Source: Xylographa opegraphella
Taxonomy: Eukaryota
Assembly (NCBI GenBank): GCA_022813865.1
Contig: JALDZX010000004.1
Coordinates: forward strand, 124,001 to 188,000
Reading direction: 5' to 3'
Length of the DNA: 64,000 bases
Part shown: positions 37,409 to 48,484 of the stretch, one piece after another
Layout of the letters: each line of letters begins with the position of its first letter
How positions within the stretch are numbered: the first letter of the stretch is position 1
Program-made: the position numbers and the translations under genes
The notes under the pieces: generated by a model
Seen by the model: only the letters and a program-made list of their open reading frames with translations
Databases searched by the model: none
Told to the model about the DNA's origin: nothing

Positions 37409-40299
37409 ATGGCCGACAATGGCGACTTCCCTGTCACTACACCTCCCAGTACTTATCACAGTCTCCATGCTCCTCACGACAGATCTCAGCGCCCGCTTGC
37501 CGGAGTTGTTATGTGCTGCACCTCCATTCCTCCAGAGCAACGGGTAAGTCGATGCACGGGATGGTGATGCTTGCTACCTTGGCATTCTCTGACGGCATTG
37601 GTTTCTAGTCCGATCTGGCTTTCGTAGCCTCTCAAATGGGAGCAACACATAAGCTCGACCTTACATCCGACGTAACACATCTTATAGTGGGCGATACCGA
37701 TACGCCCAAATACAAATATGTTGCCAAGGAAAGGCCCGACGTGAAATGTTTGTTGCCGGAATGGGTCGATGCTGTTCGTCGATCATGGATGGAGGGCGGT
37801 GATACTGATGTCGAGACACTCGAGGTCCAATACAACCTACCAACCTTTGCAGGGCTTCGGATATGCGTCACTGGTTTTGACGATCGTACGTTGATTGGCT
37901 CATGCAAGCAAATGATCACGGCAGAGCTTACGAATATCTGGCAGTCATCGTTCGAAAGAAGCTGGAGGACGCCGTGAAGAACAATGGAGCGGAGTACAGG
38001 GGCGATTTGACGAAGGAGGTCAGTCACCTGATCGCATATAAACCGGCCGGAAACAAATACAATTTCGCAAAAGCCTGGGGAATACGCGTTGTCTCAATCG
38101 AGTGGCTCCAGCAAAGTCTTGAAAGGGGAATGATCCTGGATGAAAATCTTTACGATCCACAACTGGCCCCTGCTGAAAGAGGGAGAGATGCGTGGGTCAG
38201 TAGGACTGTCTCTACGTCGTCCTTGGCAAAACGACCGAGAGACGAAGACTATGTGCCTGCTCCAGCAAGGAAACTTCGAAGAACAGCAAGCGCTCGGCTC
38301 AGTAGCGATAATGATGGAATCTGGACGGATATTGCTGCAGGTGTTTCGAAAGGTACGGGTCGAAGGGAAGGCGAATGGGAAGACTTTCAAAATGAAGGAC
38401 CGGCCCCTGCACAAATCGGTGACGAAAAACAGCACCGTTTAGAGCCATTGATACCAGGTGCCGACAACGTTGACCCTGCAATCATTCGACAACGAGAACT
38501 CGTACTGAATCCAACGGCTGAATCTGTATCGAGAAAGCATCCGTCCACCCGTGGATTGTTCTCGGGGAAACGATTTCAGCTTCATGGATTCAATATCCCA
38601 AAGGTTGGTTGAGGTTATTCTGTATTATCACCGTAATGTACTGACAACGTACTATCAGACTGGTGTACTCGAACATCATCTGCGTTCTCATGATGCGGAA
38701 ATAATTTCTAATCTAGGTGACCTCTCTCGACAGCCGATGCCACTCGAGGATGACGCGACCTTTCTTGTTGTTCCCCATACATCCTCGGATCATGACATAC
38801 CTACTATGCCGAATCTAGTTCCAAAACCTATTGTTGTCACAGACATGTGGATCGAATTGTGCTTATATCGAAAGCGTTATGTGCATCCACAGGCAAATAT
38901 AACAAATTCACCATTCCGATATCCTGTACCGGGTATGTCCAAATCCTTCGGTTTCACTGATACCGCTAACTCGAATAGGATTCGAGTCCCTGACTATTTG
39001 CTGTACTGCTTTTGAGGGTGTTGATCTCTTACAGGCGTCGAAAGTCATCAAACTTATGGGTACGTGTTCCCGAAATAAAACCCTTACATCGGCTCATATA
39101 GCTTTTAAGGTGCCTCCTATGACGAATATCTTACGAAGGATATTTCAGTACTTGTCTGTAATGACTCTTCTCGTAACAGGGAAAAGATACGCCATGCTTT
39201 GGAATGGGGGATACCCGCTGTGAAAGCCGAGTGGCTATGGGATTGCCTCCGGACTGGCGGGAGGAAGCCATTTGATACCTATCTCATTCAACCTGAGACG
39301 AAGGTGCAGAGAAGCACCAATGCACCTAAACAACCACATAGTTCGGATTCAGGAACGAGGGCAGCTCAGAGGTCGGACTTTTGTGCCGATGCTGCGAAAA
39401 TAATTAACAATAGAAGCAACTCTGTGAATTCAAGGCACAATTCTCAAAGGAACGATCTGGAGACAAAGCAAGCGCACATTCAATTCCCAGTCGACATCAC
39501 TCAAGGCGAATCGGTGGAACCCGACGTCAAAGGAGTTGACTGCCTTGGAGTCTCATTACAGCTGCTCAATGCTGTCGATGCTAAAATAACAAATCCCTCG
39601 GATGAGATCTTGAACCCTGCTGGGCTCGCAGCGGCTGTGTTCCAGGGGTCCGATTATCGAGGGACACCTCTGCAAGAAATTTCTACGAATTCTCCTCCAA
39701 AGTCTCATCACAACTCAGAACAGCTAATCAAGCCGAGTTCATCGTTGGAACACGAAGCTCAAAATCACTCGTTAACCACAGCTATATCCTCTCTTCTAGC
39801 TCAACATCAGCGCGACGCAAGCCGACCTCCACGTGCCAAAGCGGCGGAGGCAACCAGACTAGGGCGCCGCAAACGTCAACTCTTTGGCCGGGCGCCATCA
39901 AATTTATCTGCATGTAGCAATGGTACTACTAACCTATCACGAGCCAGCAGCGTAGATACTATGAATACCGATGGCCTTGGAACTCCTCTCGAAACCACAC
40001 TCTTCGCTGCGGCAATAGCAGAGACTAGTGATGCAGTGACGACCTCTTTGCTGGCAAATTTTGATGAAGGTGAGACGGAGAAGGCAGAAGAAAAGTTGCC
40101 ATCAACGCAGCTTGGCTACGAAGACCCCGAGGCTGGTGTTTGGCGGGAGAGACTCATGAATCGAATGGCGAACGGCAATCCGGGAGCACCTGGGAGGATC
40201 ACGACACCGAAGGCGAAGAGCATCGGCACGGTGCAGGATATTGTAGAGATGGGCCTGCAAAGTGTGTCCAGGAGAACTAGGCAAGCTGGTGGTCGATGA
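37409..40299 (+). CDS. DPB11: Multi-BRCT replication/checkpoint scaffold (Dpb11/Rad4-Cut5/TopBP1)
   Basis: Four BRCT-like repeats (PLAGVVMCCTSI, VTHLIVG..TPKY, FAGLRICVTGF, KIRHALEWGIPAVKAEWLWDC) and C-terminal STQLGYEDP. Exons 37409-37543, 37609-37885, 37945-38603, 38659-38932, 38979-39059, 39110-40299. Confidence 0.9.
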
Positions 40300-40575
40300 A
40301 TTACGGATTGGAGTTGTGTCCATGGCAGGATCGAAATGTACAGTTAATGACCCTTGGAAATCCATTTAGGCTAGCAGAATCTGTTGGCGAAAGGACCGTA
40401 TTTAATTGGCTGCACGTTGTGTGGCTCTCGGGACTCACTAGCGCTTGATGATGTAGAGCTGCGTGCGAGAAATTAGTGAGCCTTATCGTTTACCAAGGAA
40501 AAAAAGCTGTCTTGCCCACCCTTTTCAGTTGACCTGCACTGCAACACCCGCTCCTCTCAGCTCAATGCCATCGTG

Positions 40576-42527
40576 ATGGCCACTAAAACCGTCACGAAGC
40601 TTGCATTTGCTTCAGCCAGAGCCGACTATGGCGCTTCATCAATAACTCGAAGATCATATGTTACCGTTCCTATCTCCGCGCTCTTGCAGAACCCACGCGC
40701 CACATCCAGATCCCCCTTCTCCAACGCAAATTTTCAGTCATCATTTCGACGTTCATACGCAGACTCCATCTCTCCCGCGACAAAGCGAAGGGGCCGGGGA
40801 TTCTTCAGATGGACATGGCGGTTGACTTATCTGTCGGCCATCGGTGGTACTGCGTACCTTGCATATAATATTTACACTCTCCGAACGCCGCAAGAACAAT
40901 TCGATCCCGATCCATCGAAGAAAACACTCGTTATATTAGGTATGTATGCTCTTCAAGGTTCAATGGCGTCGCTGACACACATCAGGCACTGGATGGGGCT
41001 CAGTTTCGCTCCTGAAGAAGCTTGATACCGAAAACTACAATGTCATCGTTATCTCTCCTCGCAACTTCTTCCTCTTCACCCCTCTCCTGCCATCTTGTAC
41101 TACCGGTACAATTGAGCATCGCTCTATCATGGAGCCGGTCAGGAACATTTTGAGACACAAAAAGGCCACTGTTAAGTACTACGAAGCAGCGGCCACCAAG
41201 ATCGACTACGAGAGAAAGGTTGTCCATATCGATGATGAATCCCCGATCAAAGGCGATGTTTCCTCGACTGAAGTTCCATTCGATATGTTGGTTGTCGGTG
41301 TTGGCGCCGAGAACGCCACGTTTGGAATTCCCGGTGTGAAGGAACATTCGTGCTTTCTGAAGGAGGTCGAGGACGCTCAGCAGATCCGCAAGCGTATAAT
41401 GGATTGTGTCGAAACGTCTACCTTCAAGGACCAATCTGACGAGGAGCGCAAGCGTCTTCTCCACATGGTCGTCGTGGGTGGCGGTCCTACCGGTGTTGAA
41501 TTTGCGGGAGAGCTGCAGGACTTTTTCGAGCAGGACCTCAAGAAATGGGTGCCGGAGATCACAGGAGATTTTCATGTGACTCTGGTTGAGGCACTTCCTA
41601 ATGTTCTCCAAAGTTTCTCCAAGCAGTTGATTGACTACACCGAATCTACTTTCAAAGAAGAATCGATCACAATTCGTACAAAGACCATGGTCAAAAAAGT
41701 TACCGACAAATACATCGAAGCAGAATACACGAAACCAGATGGAACAAAAGCAATAGACAAGATTCCATACGGATTGTTGGTCTGGGCAACTGGCAATGCT
41801 GTTCGGCCAATCGTGAAGCAATTATGCAGCCAGATACCGGCGCAAAAAGACTCCCGACGTGGTCTTTCCGTCAATGAATATCTTGTGGTTAAAGGTACCG
41901 AAAACGTATGGGCAGTTGGCGACTGTGCCATTGCCAACTATGCTCCTACGGCACAGGTTGCGTCCCAGGAGGGTGCTTTCCTAGCCCGTCTCTTCAATTC
42001 TCTTGCAAAAACCGAAGACATCAACTCCGAGCTTGCCAGATTGTCCGAAGCTCAAGCGAAAGCACCTACCACCGAGGCGAGGAACGACATCTTTGCCGAG
42101 ATTAAGGCACTGCACAAGTCATTGAGGAGAGTCAAGCAAATCGGGCCTTTCGAGTATAGCCATCAAGGCAGCTTAGCGTACATTGGCAGCGAAAAGGCTG
42201 TTGCGGATGTGAGCTGGCTGACTGGGAACTTCGCCTCGGGAGGGACGTTGACGTACCTGTTCTGGCGATCGGCGTATCTATCCAGTAAGTTCTTCGAACA
42301 TAATGAACAGACCTTTCACTAACGTTGCTCTCCAGTGTGTTTTTCGACGAGGTAAACATCAAAGCGCCTGTATCTATGCCCTTGGCTGACGTGCTCTTTC
42401 TAGAAATCGGATACTGGTCATCGTGGACTGGGTGAAGGCCAAGATGTTCGGCAGAGATGTCTCTCGGTGAGGTTACTCCGCAAACACGTCCTGCTGGCAC
42501 CGCTGACTCCATACCCCTAGTGAATAA
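40576..42527 (+). CDS. NDE1: Mitochondrial alternative (type II) NADH:ubiquinone oxidoreductase, external NDE type
   Basis: Presequence, LVILGTGWG, VVVGGGPTGVEFAGEL, AVGDCA, PTAQVASQEG, FGRDVSR(E). Exons 40576-40939, 40986-42284, 42336-42351, 42404-42466, 42521-42527. Confidence 0.95.
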
Positions 42528-42662
42528 AGCACAGCCTGGCAGGCGCCCGACCAGCTACATCGCGACCACACCATTTCCTTGTAAACACTTCTGCAACACG
42601 ACCCGGAAAACCTATTTGTACGTTCGAGGCTGGCGACGAGATCATAGAAGGGTTGGGTTAGA

Positions 42663-42786
42663 TCGATACGGGATATAGACGGACGGGACGGGCGGCATTT
42701 TATTCTCCAGCCACAAGATTCCTTGTATCGATACGGGTTCATAGACGGACGGGCGGCCTTTCATTCATTCCTCGCCACAAGATTTA
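42663..42786. repeat. Imperfect ~60-bp tandem duplication downstream of NDE1
   Basis: tcgatacggg..atagacggacggg..cggc..ttt..gccacaagatt occurs at 42663-42720 and 42728-42785. Confidence 0.8.
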
Positions 42787-43738
42787 CCGCACATAGCGCA
42801 CCGCCCGTGGCACACATTGTAAATTTGTTCCTCATTCTTTCCCTATCATGCATGCTAAATCCGTCCCCATCATCGCCACCGAGGCCATCATTCTCATACC
42901 TACCCTCCACCAACCCTCCAAGAACCGTTCCCCCTCCCACCCCCTTCGGAGATCGTAACCCAACCGTCCCTGGCCCCCCCGCCTCTTCGTCGCAAATCGC
43001 TCCACCCACGCCGCCTTGCGTCCTGCGCCCCCCCTTTTCCCTTCTTCCCCTCCTCCGTACATCCCCTCCTCCTTACATCCCATCCTCCCGCCCCGTCGTC
43101 GTCGCCGGTGCACCCACCCCGCCCGCTAGCGCGCTACATGGCCACTACTACTACTGCGGCGGCGCCGGCAGGTTGGGTCTGCGGTCGGGGCTGGGTTGGG
43201 TAGCGTGGCTTGGCTTGGCTGCTGGGGCGGTGGGGGGTCCCAGTTAGGGAAATTAAGGGGGAGGGGGGGGATGGATTAGATGGCCTGAGAGGAGAGCTGT
43301 GGGGTGGTGATATTGATGTTTGACGTCGTGGGGGAGGTATGAGTGGACGGCGGAGGGAAGAGGGTGAGTGCTGAGGAGCGGGAGCGGGGCGGTGCAGGGA
43401 CGCAAAACATAGTACCGCAGCGATGCAGAGTATGCCACCCGGTAAGACACGGTAGTTGCGCTCTGCGAGATTCATATATCCCCACCCCCCCTCACCTCCC
43501 CTTCGGCAGCGATGCTAGCTATCTAGTACTACCAAAGAGAACCACGCCTTCTACCCAGTATGCTCTTGTATCCAGCGCCTCCCGGATTGTCCCTGCGTGA
43601 ATGTCCGCGCCCACTTATAGCTACTCCATACAACTCTGCGCCGCTGGCCCGGCCAAAACCTCCACTCTCTAGCGTTACAACACGCCTGATCTGCACCATC
43701 ACCTCAATCTCCATCCCTACCTCCCCCCTCCCCACCAC

Positions 43739-46245
43739 TCACCCCCCTTCCCGGGTCCCATTCCCATTCCCCTTCTTCAAAACAGGCAGCTCCGCCATAT
43801 GCACCCTCAAGCTGCCATACGGGCGCAGGACGACCTCCCTCCACGGCCCGGTACAATTCCTCTCCGCTACCAACGGCACCCTCGCCGGCACGCCGTGGTC
43901 CACCGGCCAGGCGATGGGGCAGCCCTGCGCGGTGACGAAGCTGGCCGGGGCGCGGTAAGCCCAGATGGGGTTTGGCAGAGAGGAGTTGGTGGGCGAGGTG
44001 GATGTGTTGGAGGCGTGGAAAAGGAGCGTGTCTGGGTCGAGAGCGATGGCCCAGGGGAAGGTGTTGTTGATGAGGTAGTCGTGGGCTTGGTGGGGTATGG
44101 TGGTGTTGGGGGCGGGGTTGAGGGGGAGCGAGTCGATGGTGTGGGGCGAGGATGGCGAGGCGCGGGTGAGGACGGCCATGGAGGGCGGGAGGGCGGTGAT
44201 GGCTTCGCCGACGTCGAGGGCGTAGAGGAGGGGGCCGTGGTAGATGGCAATGGTGGCGTTGGCGCGAGGAGCGATGCGTAGGGTTGGGGTCAGGGTGAGG
44301 ACAAGAGTATTGCTGCCACGAGCGAGAGGGATGCCGAGCATGCCGCTGTGTGGATCCGGTAATGGAGGAGTGTAAGGAGATCCGTTAAGGGAGATGAGTG
44401 GAGGGGTGGCAAGGCTCCATACCGGGAGACGGACGTGGAAGGTGAAAGGGTTGGTGGACTCTATGGTGTAATTCAGGGTCTGCCCGAAGGGGTAGTTGGT
44501 ATCGCATATGACAGTAATGAGCGTTCCATCTAGCAGAGTTGTAGATAGAGTCGCTGGGCTGAGAAGTGCATGGCCAATCCCGCTGCGTCCGACGCGCACG
44601 AATGATGCAGATAAGAACTTCGGATAGCCTTGGGGGTGATTGACAGTGCAGCATGGATAGTTGGGTGCTGTGCATATGTTAGGAGAGGGGTAGCGGCTGG
44701 GTGAATGGAAAGGTTGACTGACATAGACCATATGTTTGAGCATGATCGCCAACATTCCAGAAAAGACCTGAAGATTGGACCGGACGACTCCATGGCTGAT
44801 TTGGTTGAGTAATGTATTGATGCGCCCAGTGATCTGGTGTCATTGCTACCGGTAATGCGTTAAACGCTGCCAATTCACATTGATCTGCGAACGCATTGTC
44901 GCCGAGTACTTGATACAGGTAGGACATCGAAAACATGGCCTCGACTGCCGTACATAATTCTGAACCCCGTGTTGGTGAGAGTCCGGATTCTCTCTCATCT
45001 CCAAGGATAGTCCCCGAGGCGGCACCGTGGAATTGAAAAGTCCAATTGACGCCGTTGCGGCTATTTTGAAGTAGAGTAGTATTCCGAGTGAACCTATAAT
45101 CGACAGCGCCGGTCTTCAAACCTTGGGCCGCGTTGACAGCATGTACAAAAGGGAAGTCGCCGGCCGTATTGGAGATGGTATCGAGATCCTCGAAAATATA
45201 ATTCCTTTCAGTATAATAGCCCGCCCAATCAAGGCCATAGTCCTTTAACCTTTGCATTGTCTCAATAAGAACTTCTGCATTGTTTTCCGGATATGCTTCA
45301 TACAACCACTGCAAACAGAGAATCATGTCAGCATATCTAGCTCGACCCCACACCTCCGAGGTATTTTTGCCGTCGAGTAACAGAGAATGCATAAGGTTGA
45401 CGAACTTATGCATTGCTGGGATCACTTGAGGCGAGAAACTGGAATCGGCCTCGACCAATTGCATTAACCCAAGGAAAAAGGGAAAACGGGCCCACAGCGT
45501 ACTACTATCGTAGGTGACTTCTGGTCCTAACCAGCCGCTAGCTTGCTGATGACTAAGTACATATCGTGTCGCATTCCTGATCTGAGCTTTAAGTCGAACA
45601 TCATCAAGTGCGTATGCCAACGGGACAAGACCATTAAACCAATATGGAAATGCTTCGTTCAAGGACGAGTACTCGGCGGTTCCCCCAAGCCATGGATTGG
45701 ACTGTACTATGGGATAGAAGTCGAATTCATGGCCAGCCATTCCCTCACCCATCAATCGCAGCTGTTCAAGCAGCCATCCGCGTGGTTTGATCGATCCAAG
45801 CGGCAGGGGCGCAAAAGTGAAAGGAACAACTGGGAAGAATGTCAGTTGAGCACCAATAGTGATTCAGAACTGACGTACGTGAGGGGTTTTTCTTCGGAAA
45901 GTCAGGGGACAGATTCAAGATCGGCTGCGATGAGTCAGGCGATAATTCCTCGAATCCGTAGTTTTTCCGTGCTTTCTTATTGCCGATCAAGGAGCCCACA
46001 TAAGGGCGAAGGAGATGAAACGAAATGAGAGCAAGCAGTATGAGTGCATATTTCAGGCCTCTCCTCTTCTTGATACCATATCTTGGGCTTGACACGTCGT
46101 GCCCGCCAGCTTGCACAGCACCGAGGCTCCCCCAGTTGGGAGCGCCTTTGTGGGATGGTGGAACAGCGACAGACTTAGTTTTCTCGCATTCGGTCATATC
46201 GCGCCCAGGGTCACTACCCAGTAAGCTCTTTCGGATTTCCATCAT
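43739..46245 (-). CDS. GH127-like (DUF1680, beta-L-arabinofuranosidase-like) glycoside hydrolase with an N-terminal membrane anchor
   Basis: PLPLGSIKPRGWL, EAFPYWFNG, HAVNAAQG, GSELCTAVE, YPCCTVNHPQG, YPFG, HVRLP.W, L.PYG. Exons 46245-45879, 45829-44723, 44667-43739. Confidence 0.9.
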
Positions 46246-46497
46246 CGAGCACGTCGCTATTGCTCCAAGTGCTGATCCCACGAAGGATTGTCGAATAGTA
46301 CGAGCAAAGTACCGTAATCAAAGGGTAAGGGCGATGTTGGCGTCTCGAGAAGCGAGCTGTATCGCACTCTGATTGGCGGATCTTGCGCAGGATCTTACGT
46401 CAGCTGCTCGCGTGATCCTGCCCATTCTGCCGCAGCTGGTCATCCGCCGGAACCCTGCTGACCCTTTCCGACAAGCGCTGCGGGCGAGAGGATCCGA

Positions 46498-48484
46498 TCA
46501 GATCTCCAATCGGTCCATCGACCAGATCTCCACATCTTTGACCGACTCTACAGTTGCCCTTCTCACCGTCTTTTGCACTTGCCCGGTTCCGTCTCCGAGG
46601 ACCGTTGGGGTCGTAGAGATCTCAAACACATGATCCCCTAAGCCTATCCAACGAAGCTATAATGATAATGTCAGCTTCCAAACATAAGGAGTATTGAGAC
46701 ATGACTATCGGATAGCTTACGGTATCAAATCCCATTTTCAAAATGTCGTCCCCTGCCTCCTCGCAGCAGTTAGGTAATAATCTGCTGATGCTGTCCGTCA
46801 ATGTGTAGTCGTCGATGTTCTCCAGGATACGGATCGCATATAGCTTCGGGAGAAAGGGAATCAGCAGCCTCAGCATATTGAAATCGGAGACCTCAAGCCC
46901 GAGGCCGACTTGCTCGAGGTTAGGGCAATGTCGGACCAGACGGGCAAGATCTTCGGATGATAGGCGCCATTGTGGCATGAGCAGCAGGTGACGAAGGCTG
47001 GTGCCATGGTACTTGTAGATGTTCTCGAGATACTCCTTTCCAAGATGGGAGAGCGTGTTCGACTCCGACAGGGGTGTAAACCGCGTAGTGGGGTTCGACA
47101 TCGGACATGAGGTGAATGATGTTGTTGATATTGTGCTTTGAGGCGTGCTGCCGGGACTGTTGCTGGTAGCAGCATTGCTTCCACCACTGCTGTCCGAATT
47201 CGTGACGGAATGCATCATACTATTACTGTGACCATTTAATCCTTTCACATTATCGCTTTTGGCTGATGCATTTGAATAGCAATTATTCGGGTTCCGTCCG
47301 GTGACTAGGTAGTATCTCTCCAGCTTCTTGAATTTTCCCATCATATTGCAATGGAGTTTTGAGACCTTGTCTCCTCGTAGCATCTTGAGATTTGGTGGTG
47401 CCATGGGTCCAGCACCCTTCCAGGTCGCATCCATGAATGCAATATCTGCCGCATCGTCGGTACCGCCCATGCTTGATATCATAGTATATGATTCAATCAG
47501 ATTCGGATCGAGGATTTTTTCAAAGACATCTTCGTTGAATGCAAATAAATTGTGGAAGGCAATATGTTTCAATGGCATCTTGTAATTCGCTGTGACAACT
47601 TTCCCAAAATAGGAGTGAAGATTCACGCTTGGCTCTCGGGCGTCTCGCATACGAGGACTCCAGTGTAGCTTGAGAACTTCAAGCTTTTTCGAGCCCAGTA
47701 GTAATGTGGAGATGTTGTCTGGGTAACACAAAGGATCAATGTTCGTGATATGGAGTGACTTTAGATTTTGTATTGGTGGGACGAGAGTTGTCAATCGTGG
47801 CAGGCGGAGATCCGGGAAATTGACTTTCAAGGATGAGAGTGTCTGTTTCTGGGCCAGTCCTTGCCAGACATTCGGCAACATTTTCGTGTCAAGTTCCCAG
47901 CTATCAGCGCGTTAGCCTCCGCCTTCGACCATTGGTATGGGCAACGGTAGAGCATACACGAAGGTTTCCAGGGCGGGCATCCTGTCCACAGCAGCGCGCA
48001 CCAACAGGTTCAGCATCATACTGCTGTCCGGCACCCTCCCCACTTTAGCACACTCCTCCAGATCATATTCTTTCCATTTCCCCCATACTTTGAATCTTTT
48101 GATATAGCCAGAAACGTTACTGGTTACTATAGCGTTCAAGCCCATGGAGAACGGGCTGGCGCCCCCACTCCCCTCGGGCCGGTTGTCGACTTCCGAGTAG
48201 CGTATATGATCGTAGGAGTGGAGAGAGACATCGGCATACAGCGCTGGGAGGCACATGTAGTGGAGGACTCGTGAGGCCCGACACGCGCGCGCAAGATCTG
48301 CAGGGGCGTCGAGCTGGGAGCGACGGTCTGTGTAAGTTTGGTGTACAAGTGATGCGTCCCGGTAAAGCTAGAGACATACATAAGATATGATCATCGCCAA
48401 GAGATGTAAGGGTAACAGAGCTCTGTCCGGGCCAGGCTCACTGCCATCGTGGTTTTCGACGCCGCAAGCAATGTTGCCTATCAT
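46498..48484 (-). CDS. Conserved F-box-like / leucine-rich (RNI-like) protein
   Basis: LPLHLLAMIISYLDAPADLARACRASRVLHYMCLPALY (F-box-like) followed by LRR-like LxxL repeats. Exons 48484-48380, 48313-47958, 47900-46721, 46656-46498. Confidence 0.85.

Noticed and set aside
42723..43600. Several Pro- or Gly-rich ORFs between NDE1 and the GH127-like gene
   Set aside because: Products of C-rich and G-rich low-complexity DNA; no consistent frame or splice model.
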